Part shown: positions 1 through 12,500 of the stretch, one piece after another | How the letters are laid out: every line of letters starts with the position of its first letter | Position numbering within the stretch: the stretch's first letter is position 1 | Source of the DNA: Vitrella brassicaformis CCMP3155 | Lineage: Eukaryota; Protista; Chromerida | Length of the DNA stretch: 64,000 bases | Direction: 5' to 3' | NCBI GenBank assembly: GCA_001179505.1 | Contig: CDMY01000448.1 | Span: 10,692-74,691 of the forward strand | Notes under the pieces: generated by a model | Databases searched by the model: none | What the model was told of the DNA's origin: nothing | The model's input: only the letters and a program-made list of their open reading frames with translations | Translations under genes and position numbers: made by a program

Positions 1-3000
1 TACGGCGAGAGCGAGAGGCAGAGAGGGAGTCCTTCGACGACACCTCCCCACGGCACCAGCGGCAGCCGAAGCGGCAGCCGAGAGAGGAGCCAAAGCTCGG
101 CATCGGCGTGCATGTCGTCTCACTGGAGGACCTGGCCCTCCCTCCCGACACCCTGGCCAAGCTCAGCCCATCTGCCGTGCCTCCCTCGCCCAGTGAGGTG
201 TTGATGCAGGTGCTCTGCGGCCTCTACAGCCACGCAGACGGCAGTCTGCTCAAACATGAGACGGAGCAAGCTGAGCTGTGGCCAGCGTCTTTTGCAACGA
301 AGCCGCAGAGGAGCAATGCTCAAGCGATCAAACAAGGCGGCGAAGACAAGAAGAGAGACGGCGCCAAGGAAGCTGAGAGGCCGATGAGCGTCACCTATAG
401 AGACGGCCGGGTGTTCCACAGCCCCAAGACGCCCCCCGACAGAGCACCAGGAGACCGCCGGCTGTCTGAACGGTCGCTGGCGTCCTCATCTCTGGTGGAT
501 GACAACTCTGAGTCTGTAGACACCGAGGAGGACGCCAATGCAGTCATGGACAGCGAGCGGGACAGGAGGAGCAACGAGAGTGGGGCCTCCTCTGACAGGC
601 GGCAGAGGCGCTCCTCAAAAGTACCGGCGGTCGATGGCCTGTGGTGGCCTGAGTGTGTGTGGGTGGTCCTCAAGGTCATCGCCCGTGTCTCGGATGAGCA
701 GCACACGCTTAGGTCCACCCCACCCTCTTCTGCGGAGCAGTGTGTCGTTGCGTGGACAGCTGCATGGTGAGACACAGCGAGAGATATAGAGAGAGACTCT
801 GCCAACCATAGATCTCCTCCCTCACATGTCTGTCTCCTCGATTGTCTGTTTGTTTGTCTGTCAGTGTTCCCCGTGTGGCCAGCCTGACTCGGCAGGACCT
901 GTCGCTGCCCCTCTTCTGGCCGCCCGCCCAGTACCCCCCCTACCCGCCCCAGGGCCCCACCGACGCCATGGCTTTCCCCCTGCAGACCATCGACCAGTTC
1001 CTAGCCATCGATGGCAGCACGCTCAAAGTCATCCTGTACCACCCCTCGCTGCACCAGCACATACACGGGGAGGCTGAGGCGGCCATGGCCAAGGAGACGC
1101 CCCTCGAGCGGCCGCTGAGTCCTGTGAGTGAGGAGAAGGAGAGGGAGTCAGAGAAAGAGCTGCAGCTGTTTGTGGCGCATGAGGCGGTCCCCAATGACGA
1201 GGTGACAAACAAGGGCACAGGGAGACGACACAAAGAGCGTGTAGACTATCTATCTGTGTGACGATGGGATGGGATGTCTTCAGCTGTATGATCCCGAGAC
1301 GGACGGCTTCGACATCTACATGGATCAGGTAGGTTGGTTGAGAGGAATTGTTTTCATCGCTCTGGTGATAGTTGGTGTCTGTCTCGCCCTCTCCGCCATC
1401 CGTCTTCTGCTCATCGCCGGCCTCCTGTCGCGATCTACATGGATCAGATCCGTTTCCCCCCTGAAGCGGCCCTTGCATGCCGCGTGGTCCTGCGGGTGAT
1501 ATCCTCCTCCTTCTCGCCCATCCTTGATGCCATGGGCGGAATCTCCTCCCTCTCCTCACACCGCATCATCCACCGGCTCGACCCGCCTCTCTACATGGAC
1601 TACAGAAAGGGCCCCATCGACCCCACAGCACTTCTCATGATCCGTGTCGACTGTCTGGACCGCTTCCTCATCCATGACGCCCTGCGCAAGACGGAGGGGG
1701 AGGGGCACACGAATGTGTCGCCCTTTGTGGCGGTCAACAGCGAGGCGGAGAGGGAGGAGGAGAGGGATGTGGAGGGGCCGGGAGCGCCCTGCCGCTTCAC
1801 CTGGGGGTTTGCCGTCTTGCCACTGTTCGTCAAGCAGCGTGCGAGCGGCGGGGGGCAGCCTGACCACCCTACGGAGCAGTCCTTCTGTCTGAACGAGGGA
1901 GCCTTCCAGCTGGGGCTGTCTCTTTCGCCTTATCCCAAGTATTCACCCGAGCACCGATCCGTTAACGCAACATCGCTCGACGACAAGCCGAAGGTCAGGC
2001 TCACGGAGGGGCCCATCCCTTCCTTGATCCCTCTATCCGTCTGCCTCTGTGATCAGGTGCCCTGCGCGTCCGTCCTCATTCGTGTGGTCTCTGCGCCCAA
2101 GTCACCGGACGGCCTCAAGCTCTACCGCCGCAGCAATGTCGACCCATCCGAGTGGCCCCACATGGGCCTGCAGGCCGACCCCCCTCAATACGAGGACGCC
2201 GTGTACGACACCACACGCTTCGTTCCCTCACCAGACGAGCACAAACTCTTCGACAAGTACACTCCTCTACTGAGAGAGCTGGAAGCGCATCAACAAGAAC
2301 AAGACCACGATGAGGGAGATGACGATCCGCAGGGAGTCCCGGCAGACAACGAACAGCCGATGAGTGAGGCCGATGCGGGCGGGGGCGAGGATGCTGCTGC
2401 GTCAAGCTCTAGTGCTCGGTCTGAAGACCAGATGGAGGGTGAGGGTGACAAGTGGAGCGTGGAGAGCGGCTCGCAGGGTGCGGCCGGTGAGCCCCAGGGG
2501 CGGCAGCGGCCAGCTGAGCCCATGAAGCACATGACTCTTCTCGACGAGCTGCTGAGGCTGAGGCGCCGCTTCCCTCGCGAGACGGGCACCATCTCCAGCC
2601 CCAACAGACAGGCGGCCATGAGTGAGCGAGCCCTCAAGCACTGGCTCAGGTCAGCCAGCCACACATATAAGGCAGGGACAGCCCCAGTGACCGGGCGTCA
2701 TGTCATCTATTGCAGGGTTCAGTTCGGTTCGCCCAATCTGCAGGAGATGCGTCTGCTCAATGACCAGCACGTCCTGCCATACGACAAGACTGTGGGCTTC
2801 AGGGTCAACATCGACTGTGTGCACGGCTTCCGCAAAGACGCACCCCTAGTCGTGCTCCACTCCCTGTTCCCACCTGGAGGCCTCTATGAGGTGGGGATGG
2901 CTGGCGTGGCGGGGTGCCAGACGGTGGGGTGGATGACAGAGGGTCGCTTGTTGTAAGTGTGTCTGTGTGTGTGCAGGAGACGCCGCTGCTGGAGGACACG

Positions 3001-3945
3001 CACTTTACGACTCGCCGGGACTTCTCGTTCTCGATCAGGTCGCCGCGATTCGTCACACAGTGGACCAAATACAAACCATCCAAGTAAGTAACTGGCTGAC
3101 GACAGACCGACCAACAAGAAGAATGTGGCAGGGCAGGCACGTGTGTGTGTGTGTGTGTGTGTGTGCGTGTGATGCGCATCACACATAGGATGTCCCGGTA
3201 CTCGACTTTGATAGTGGATGTGCGGTGGCTGAACGTGAAGGCGAGCCGGTCTGAGGGTCTCTTCCCGTGGGGGTGGTTCGTCATCCCCCTCTTCGACAAC
3301 CACGGCTTCCTCATGAGCAACTGCTACCAAGTGCCGCTGTTTCAGGCACGCACAAGAGACACAGCACAGTGCTGTCAGACAGGATCCTATCTATGAGTCT
3401 ACCTACCCTCATCAGGGCGCCGTGTCTCAAGACGCCTTGAGCGAGCTGAAAGAGACCATGATCAAGCACGAGCAGCTGCAGCAGCAGCAGCCGCAGCCCT
3501 CCGCCCCCACATCGACCGCCCAGCTGCCATCGATCCGCAAGTTGATGGACAAGTGGCTGCAGTACAACTGGGCGGACGAGAGGAAAGTCGCCAAGTGGGA
3601 CAAATGGTCGTCCGTCTTCGTGCGCCTCGTCGACGGACAGCTGGAGCACGACAGACGCTACTCGCGGCCTGGATACCAGCTGATGGCTGAGAGGCTCGAT
3701 CGGTCCTTCCTGCCGTATGGCCGGAGCGGGAGCTATGCCTATGACGCTAAGAAGATACCCAAGAGGACGCTGAATCTGGTGACACTGAAGGGAGGTTGTC
3801 TCATGCATGTGAGTGTGTCATTCCATTCACGGGTACGTCTCTGTGTGTGCAGCTGACGCCCCGAGGCGAGACGAATGAGGAGTACGAGCGGAGAATGAAC
3901 GAGCAGACGCAGAAGGCCACAGGCATCACCAGATACGCTTTCTGA
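1..3945 (+). CDS. Multi-exon hypothetical protein, 5'-truncated by the window, with probable C2-like beta-rich domains
   Basis: Long ORFs 108-770, 842-1261, 1334-2956, 3145-3396 and 3422-3856 are joined by GT-AG introns. The last exon reads LTPRGETNEEYERRMNEQTQKATGITRYAF* (stop 3943-3945). Segments such as GFDIYMDQ/IRFPPE, WGFAVLPLFV, GFRVNIDCVHGF and GWFVIPLFDNHGFLMSNCYQVPLFQ look like C2-type strands. The product assignment is weak. Confidence 0.6.
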
Positions 3946-4129
3946 TCGGCCCAGCTGCAAGCTTTGTGTTGCGTCATGGAGCCTCTCAGTGCGGTGTGTG
4001 TCGTGTGGTTTTCATGTGGGTTCCATGTTTCTTGGATGCACCCGACACGTGGATGTGATGTCTGCACGCTCTATCGGTCAATAAATGCATTCCTTGGAGA
4101 GAGAGAGAGAGAGAGGGGGGTACGTTCCC

Positions 4130-6976
4130 TCACACGCAGATCTTCTTGCGGCGCATCTCCGCCAAATATTTCTCGGGCACAGCGAGCTTCTTCAGGTCTT
4201 CGACCTTCCTCTCCTGATTGAGATTGATGCGTGCACACACACACAGACACACACACACACAACACAACACAACACAACACACGTGTGTGTCCATGGGGTG
4301 TGCCAAGAAAGCATTCCATTCCCCGCACACGTGGTGGGCTGGCTGACTGACCTTGATGCGCTCCAGTTTCTTCCTCTGCTTGGCAAGCTGTGCACGCACC
4401 AAGTTGCCCTCCTCAAGGAAATTGCTGGCCACACAAACACACAGACAGACAGGAAGATGTCTCTCTCGAGCCTGCCCTCGCATGGCAGGTGCTTCTTCTG
4501 TCTGACCGTCTGTCTTGTAGGTTCTTTTCCTCCTTGGCGGCGATCTGCCCCCTGATGTCCTGCGCGTGGGCCACACGCAGCCGCCGCTCCTCCTTAAGGC
4601 GGCGGCGCTCGGCCTCCTCCTGCAGTGCAGTGCAGATCACCACAACGCCGCCCGCTCCTGCGGTGTCTCTTTCTGCATGTCTCTCTTGGTCTGTTGTGAA
4701 CTGATGTGTGTTTGTGTTTGTGTGTGCCTGCTGTTTCTGGACGGCAATGATGCGTTCGAATTCCTCCTTCTCGCCCTTGGCCTGCTCCATCAGCTTACGC
4801 TCCTTCTCATCCTGAATGCAGCCATGCATCCATCGATCCATCCACCAGCCAGACAGACAGACGGACGGACACATTAGGAGGGTGTGATGTGGCGCGTGAT
4901 TGCCCGACCGACTGACTGACCTGCTGTGCCTTGCGTGCTTCCGAGACCTCGGCGTTGATGCGAGCGATCTTGGCCGCCTCCTGCTGGTCCTTGTCGCGAG
5001 CTGCACGGTCCGCCGCCTCCATCGCCCTACATCGATAGCATCCACCCACCACACCAGGGATGGGCGTGTGCATTTGTGTGTCTGTGCAGTCCATGGACAC
5101 CTCTTGGCCCGCAGTGCATCCATTTCTGCGGCCTTGTCCTGAGCCTTCTCCTGTAGGGCGCGCAGGCGAGCGACCTCCCGTTCCTTCTCGGCGGCGATGC
5201 GCATCAGCTCCGCCTCACGCTCGCGCTCACGCTTGTCCTTGTCACGCAAGTAGTCGACAATCCTTGAAACAAGAGACACACAGACGGACCGTGGTGCGGC
5301 GTGGTGTGGTGTGGTGGGAGGGGCTGCTGTGTGTCTGTCTGTCTGTCTGTCTGTCACTTTTGCTGCTCCAGCTGCTCTGCGAGGGCGCGCTCCTCCTTGA
5401 CTGACACCCAGCACAGAAAGGTGATAGTTGTGGACGCATCATTAGGTGAGTTAGTCACCCCACCTTTGAAAGCTTCAGCGTTGACTTCGTTGACTTCCTC
5501 CCTGAGTCTGCGTGCGGCCTCCTCCTTAGCCAGCCGCTCCTTGACCTCCTCCTCCTTGAGCGCGTCGATCTGACGCAACACGTAGTACTTCTCCTGCTCA
5601 CGCAACTCCTCGTCACGGATCCGTTGGGCCTGCATACATCGAATCGGTCAAGGCCACGCACACGCATGGAGACAGAGAGAGAGAGAAAAATGGCGGCCGA
5701 TTTGTGACGTACCTGTCTGTCTTTGATTTGTTCGACGATGACGAGTGCGCCCCTCCTTTGGTCCTCAGCGCGTTTCTTCTCTCGCTCCTCTGCGACCTTG
5801 AGTGCCTTGAGTCGCTCGATCTCCATCATCAGGTCCAGCTGGCGCTCCTCGTCCTCCTTCTCACGCAGGATCTCCCTGAACAAGTGTCTCTCTCTCTTCA
5901 TCTGCTCTCTCCCCCTCCCCGGTGTCTGTGCAGATGTGTCTCTTACTTTCGTTCGGCGATCTGCGCCTCTCTGACTGTGGCGACTTTGGCGTAAAGCGTC
6001 ATTTGGTTGAGGTGCTTGACTTCGTCCTCCTGCTCGTCAAGCAACTCCTCGGCCTACACAGCGCAACACAACGCAACACAACACAGGATAACGGGCAACG
6101 TGTTGCAGAGAAGAACACTCTTGACGACTGACTGACTGACTGGCTGACCCGCTGGAGGACGCTGTTCTTGTGTGTGTGCTCTTCCTTCTCGGCTTCGGTG
6201 AGGGGCGCATTCCGGCGGCGCTCCTCCTCCATCGCCAAAATGCGGTCCTTGCGGGCCTGTGGAAAGCGAGATGTGGAGCAGGATCGACCTCCTGGTGGAT
6301 GGCTGAATGTCTGGCTTTTGCTGCCTTGCCTTCGACTTGGCCATTCGCTCCTCGATCTCCATTTGCTGCCTCCGCTTGACCTCATCCTCCTCCTCACGGG
6401 ACAAAATGATGGAACGATTCTAAGTACACACAACAGACAGACACATCCACCCATCCTCCGTGCGTCCGTGTGTGTGTTGAGCGCACCTTGAGTCTGTCCA
6501 GTTCGGAGGCGCATATGACGGCGGGCGTGGCCTCTGCCTTCTGCTCTGCCCCCACAGCATTGCTCTTGCGCCGCAGCTGGACCGTGTCCTTGCCCACTAT
6601 CTCGATGGTCTTGTCCGAGTCGCGCCGCCGGGGGCTGGGCGAACCGAAAAGCGTCTCGTCGACGTTTTGCTGCTGCGGGTGCGGCTGGGTGCCCTGCTGC
6701 TGTGCGGTGTGGAGCAGCTTGTAGTGGAGCGCTGATTGGTGCACATAGATGTGAACCAGACAGGCCAGCCACGTGATGAGCACCCATTTCTCTCTGCCTT
6801 GGCCGATTGGCCTTCCCCCTTGCCCACCCACCTTTGGCACTGCCCGTGGAGCCGACCGAGACCACTGACTGCGCCTGATGGTAGACAGACACAATCACAC
6901 AAGCACAGGTGGAGCAGGGATGGCGTCGCGCCGAGGCCCCTCCTCTGGGGACCAGCTGCTCTCGTGGTCTTACCAT
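4130..6976 (-). CDS. CFAP45: Cilia- and flagella-associated protein 45 (CCDC19/NESG1; trichohyalin-plectin-homology coiled coil), multi-exon
   Basis: Spliced minus-strand exons give DEQEDEVKHLNQMTLYAKVATVREAQI, QLDLMMEIERLKALK, IAAEKEREVARLRALQEKAQDKAAEMDALRAKR, EKEEFERII and the C-terminus LAVPEKYLAEMRRKKICV*. These match CFAP45 motifs as I recall them. ATG at 6976 is followed immediately by a GTAAG donor. Confidence 0.88.
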
Positions 6977-7388
6977 TTCAGCTGTTTGCTTGTGGGCAGC
7001 GGAAGGGGGCGCCCCACTGCATGCGCGAGCTAAGCTCGCTGAGCGATCTGCAAATCGGCCATTCGTGTGTTAGCATGAGTGGCTGTTGACATCAAACAGA
7101 TACATGTACACACAAGTCGGTAGCGCTTGCCATCAGCTGTACGGGGGCACCACTCAAGCAAAACCAACAAGCCATGCATCCAACCTCAACTCACACTGCC
7201 CCCTCGGGGCAGCCACACAGATGGCACTGCATGCGCAGGCTGTCGACGTCATTTAACTCAGTTTCTCATTTAAGAGAGAGGGCCGCTGAGCGTTTACCTG
7301 GAAGGACGGCCAGGATGCAGGGAACAGGTCGATCCATCGCAAAACCAATTGGACCATCCAAATCGAGTTTCGTAGCGATATTCCGATA

Positions 7389-8053
7389 ATGGCGAGCAGA
7401 TCTGCGGTGATAACGGTCGTGTTCGCTCACATTGCCCTCTGCGGCACGGCGGCGGGCGAAGCCATATACGATAACCAGGGCCTCGGTACGTTGGTGACAG
7501 AAACGGGGGGGGAAAGGGCAGCAGATCTACGTGCGGTGAGCGCCTCGTGTGTAGGGAACGGATATGCCGGGGCCTGCGAGGGGAAGAAGTGCGCCATCGG
7601 CGGAGAACTCAGCGTCAAGTAAGAGAGGAAGGATGCCAGTGGATGGCTGGAACAGGTGCACAGATCCCTCGGTGGATGGCGTATGTGCGCTTGCAGGGAG
7701 GGGCCTGAGATGGGATCCCTGTGCTACCTGCCATTGGGCAAGCAGGCCAAGGCGTACAAGAATGAGGACGGGATGGACCTCGAATTCGGCGCTGAAGTCT
7801 TGTGTTCTTACTCACAGTACAGGTTCTCGGACTTCCCCAAAGAAGGCCGGCCGGCCTGTGTCTTCTACAGCACGACGACCGGCGACCAGCACGTGATCGT
7901 AAGTAACCAAAACAAAAGACCAGTGGTTCATTCAACGTGTGAAAGCGTTTGTGTCTTCCCGAGGTCCGGATGCAAATGCAGGTTGGCACGAAGATGATTT
8001 TTATGAAGGACGCTGAGAAGCTGGACTACCCCGAGTGCGGTTTCCAACTCTGA
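7389..8053 (+). CDS. Small secreted cysteine-rich hypothetical protein
   Basis: The start MASRSAVITVVFAHIALCGTAAG resembles a signal peptide. Cys-rich exons follow (CEGKKC, CACREG..LCY, LCSY, ACVF). A phase-0 last exon 7982-8053 reads VGTKMIFMKDAEKLDYPECGFQL*. The first intron boundaries are ambiguous. Confidence 0.6.
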
Positions 8054-8699
8054 GCTGGTACGTCAACAACACACGGAAACGTGTATGTATGTGTATGTAA
8101 TGTATGTTTTCCCCTACCCCCATTCCGTGCAGCCAAGGCATCACACCACGGCAAATCAGGCGGCAGCAAATAGCTAGCTATCTGCAGCAGCATTATACAT
8201 TTTCTTTCTCTGGACAGGACATGACATACATACACACACACACACGAGGTTCCTCACACGCACACACACCGAGGGTTTTGGTCGCTGTTTGCAGTGTGTT
8301 TGCGTGTGGTTTGAGTACCTTGATCGGCTGGCTGCCTGTGTGCGTGTGCGTGTGCGTGTATGTGCAGTGGCCTGTGTGTGAGTGTGTCTGAAATAAATGG
8401 GCGCGCGGGGTAGTCAATTAATCAAACAGAGGTCGGCTGGCTGGCTGTCTGTCTGACTGCGATGGCCTGGACTGGCTGACTGCATGGATGCCGCTGATAT
8501 TTGCATTGGCCGTCTGATGGACAAACACGACACACGACCTTTTTTCTCCGTTAACTTTACCCCCTCCAGACCAACAGCACAGCTCGCACATTCAGAAGGT
8601 TTACTTGTCGTCATGCCCCGCCTTTCGCAGCTTCTGAACATACAGGCAGGCACACACACACAGGCCGACGCAGAATGAATGGATCGTCCGTACATGATC

Positions 8700-9455
8700 T
8701 GTCGCGAAGGGCCGAGCCTGAGCCTGTGTCTGTGTGTTGTGTCTGTGTGTGTGTGCATCGTATGGATCCCACCTTGCACCCCCACTCACCCCTGCACTCA
8801 CTCGGTTGTCTCTCCCTCTCTCTCTTGGCAATGCCGTGGATGGACGAGTATTGACTGTAGACCTTTACCGTAACCGATTCTGTGAGATGCCAACACCCAC
8901 CGCCTTGCCATTCGTCCTTTCCACTAGGTTGCACCTTTCACCACTTCAACGCACTCACCCCATCGATTCCCCCCCTGCCGCATACCCACTTCTCACACAC
9001 GCAAGGCCAGCCCCTCAACCGCCGCACACAGACAGCCCACCACATCAACAGTCATTCCCCGGCCTCCCAGCCTCAGGCGACGGACACTCATTAGTCGACT
9101 TTTGTGTGCCTGCCGCAGGACATTCACACCCGGACATTCACACAAGGCCGTTCGCTCAAACCGCCGCACACAGACAGCCCACCACATCAACAGTCATTCC
9201 CCGGCCTCCCAGCCTCAGGCGACGGACACTCATTAGTCTCTCTCTTTGTGTGTGAATGTCTGGGTGTGCCTGCCGCCCACTGCTGCACACGCGCATGAAT
9301 TCACCCATTTCGCAAACCCCACGCATCAATCAGCAGTGCTCAGATGAGCATAGCAGCAACCTTCACGGGCACCTGCAATGGGAAAAAACCTCCCCGGCCC
9401 ACCGGTCTATCGTCTGCAGGGTTCCAAACCCTGCAAGCTTAGACGTGCAGCGGGA
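8700..9455 (+). repeat. Dispersed repeat, copy 1 of 3 (decayed gene-like element)
   Basis: Shares long blocks with 27440-28135 and 61070-61680, e.g. gagtattgactgt, gccaacacccaccgcc, gcatacccacttctcacacacgcaaggcc, ttccccggcctccc and agcttagacgtg. Confidence 0.85.
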
Positions 9456-9527
9456 AAGGAAAGGCATGCACACGAATGAATGGGACAATGTGCGCATTAT
9501 GACTATATTCTAGATCTGTCGAAATCT

Positions 9528-12500
9528 ATGTCGCCAGGACGTTCTTCGTGCAGGCCGCTGCCCGCTGCTCTGTCCTCTTTTTTCCCCATCTGCCCTCCGC
9601 CCTCGTTCACGCGAGTCGTGCAGCTGCGAAGAGCCGCCCACCGCCTGCGGGATCTATCTCTCCCGTCACACTGCCGCCCTTATGTCAGCAGCGCACGGGT
9701 GGCACATTCACCAGCTGCTGCTGGCCAACCGTCAAAGATCTCAGCAGTAGCACCACCGGGAGCAGCATCAATGGTCCAAGCCTCTCCACCGCAGATGGAG
9801 GAGGGGCTGTCTGCGTCTGTGTCTGTGAGTGATGCTGACGTGACCGCTCTTATGGGGCCTGCACAGATACCAGGCAAACCATACTTCGGTGAGTGACTGA
9901 GTGAGGGCGAGGGGGGGAAACGTGAGTACTCGAGGAAGTACACACACACGTGAGGCTGTTGTGATCTTGATTCAGATCTGGGCCCTTTCACTTATCGGCA
10001 GATCGGTAAGTAAGGGAGATGTGATGCCCTGCTGGCTAATCCCCTTGGTGTGCATGGCATGGTGTGTCCTGCCTGTCAGGTTCGACTGATGAGGGGGTGC
10101 GTCTGGATCGGTGGGTGCTGAAGCACGTCACTTCCAACTGGTCCGTCTGCAACAAGGTCATCCGCATACAGCAGGTCTTCGTTGTCCACAGCAACCAGTG
10201 AGTGAGTGACCACACAGCCACGCAGGCAGGCCTGCCTGCCTATACAGCACGGCACACCCATGTGCTGTGCGACCTCTGTCTGTCTGTCTGTCTGTCTGTC
10301 TGTCAGGCCACCCGAGGAGCACCAGAAGCAGGTCATGTACAAGGTAACTTTTAATGCACTCGCCTTGCCCCCTCACATGACATTCGTTGTGTCCCTCCCC
10401 CTCCCCCTCCCCCACGCTTCAGCGGTTCCGGCCTGTGCTAGGTCCCGGCCATCGTCTGCGCGAGGGCGACTGGGTGTACTGGCCACGTGTGCTGCAGCCG
10501 GTGCCCAAGCCGACCGTCGTCAGGGCCGCATTCGACGTGGCAAACACCGACCCAAGGGATTGGTCAGTCAGGCAGTCAGAGCAAGGGGTGGGGTGCATTG
10601 AATGCATTGAAGTGTGTGTGTATGTGCTCCTTTGTGTAGGATATTGTACAAGGATTCTGATTTCCTAGCTATCAACAAACCTTTCGGGCTGCTCACGACG
10701 GGCACCAAACACGTGGGATGGACGAATGAATGAATGCACAACGCGCATCCCTCCCTCTTGGACGGTGGATGTGATGTGGTGTGTTGTGGTGTGGTGTGTA
10801 CCATCGGTTATTGCCTGCAGGACAAGGTCAGTGTCAAGCGCAACTTTCTGGAGCGCCTGCAGTTCTCAATGGACTATGTACGCAGTCATACAAGCCAACA
10901 GGCAGCATCAGAAAGAGACTCAGAGGCTTGCGCACACACACACACACGGACATGCCACATCATATCTTTGTGTCTGTGCCTGTGTGGGTGGGCTATGGTC
11001 ATGGCTTGTGCCATGCAGCCTCCGCGATTGATCCACCGTCTTGCAGGGGATACCAGCGGCGTCTTGCTGCTCGCAAGGTGCCAGCCTAGCCCAGCCGTTG
11101 TGCACACATCACACGGGCGAACACGTCTGTGTGTGTGTGTGTGTGTGGCAGGACCAAGTCGTCCGCAGACATGGCCGTCGACCAGATACAAATGTAGGCG
11201 AGGCACGCTTGCAAGATGCCCCCACAAGGAATGCAATGCTGCTGCTCACCACATCTGGCTTCTTGCTGCGCTGCAGGCGGTGTTTCTGGCGCCGCACCTA
11301 CTGGGCGGTGACTGCTGGCCGACCAAATGGGCAGCACGGAACAGTCAGAATCGCACTCGGCAAACAAGAGGTGCACATAGAGAAGCAATCAACGGCGCCT
11401 TGACACCGGTGGAATGGCATGTGTGTGTCCGTTAACAGGATGACGATGTGGTGGTGCCAATGACGACCATGGATGGCGGCATCGCCGCCGTGACGCAGTG
11501 GCGGCTGCTCAAGCACTCGTCTGCGTGCGGCGGCATGTCGCTCATGGAACTCAGCACCACATTCGGTAGGCATCCAACATGACCCACATGCTGGAGGGCC
11601 AACATGACCCACATGCTGGAGGGCAGGGCGTGGTCTCTCTGCTCGGTGAAGTGTATGTGTGTATATGTGTGTGTGTTCGGTTGAGCAGGTCTGCGGCACC
11701 AGATCCGGGCCCACTGTGCGTATGGCCTCCACTGCCCGCTCGTCGGCGACCCCCTGTACTTCAACCTCAGCAGCGAAGTACTCGCTGGCAGCAGACAGCA
11801 CACCAGGATGGATGTCTGTGTGTGTGTGTGTGTGTTGGGTGTGTATGTGTGATATCAGTGGTGTGAGGCGACAGCGTACAAGAGTGCCTTCTACAGCGAT
11901 GCGGCCAAGGATGAGCGGCGGCGTGTGCTGGGGCCCCACCCACCACTGCACCTGCACTCGAGAGCCATCACCTTCAACTCATTCGCAGGTAGGTGTCTGT
12001 GCCATGCTAGAGAGGTACAGAGATAGATGCACTTGCGCGAGCCACACCAGCCATCTGTCTGTGGGAATGTGTGGACTGTGTTGTGAATGAATTAAGGCGA
12101 GGAGGTTGAAGTGACGGCTCCCATGCCGCCACACATGGCACAGACGTTCGACAAACTTGGTAAGTACGTGGCGTGGATGTATTCACCCACCCCCACTCAC
12201 GCCACACACACACACACACACACACACGCATACACAGGTGGGTCCCTCTGTCTGTCTGTCTGTCTGTCCACTTGAGGCTGGAGTGAGTACATCCACCAGC
12301 AGGACGACAGTGCTGCACGGTTCAACCCATGGCGCCCCCAGCAGGCAAGTTTGAACAAATCATGACCTTAAGTCGAGTCGCTACATACCCGTCCACTCTT
12401 GTCTCTTGCCTGCCTGCAGGACCCACACATGCTGGAGCTCTTGCTGGAGCGAGAGGCAGACAGAATCGCTACGCCCTATGACGCGCACACAGCAGTGCAG

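Noticed and set aside
8700-9455. Dispersed repeat as a classical transposon, LTR or SINE
   Set aside because: I saw no terminal inverted repeats, LTRs, poly(A) tail, Pol III boxes, or transposase/reverse-transcriptase motifs, so it is left as an unclassified repeat.
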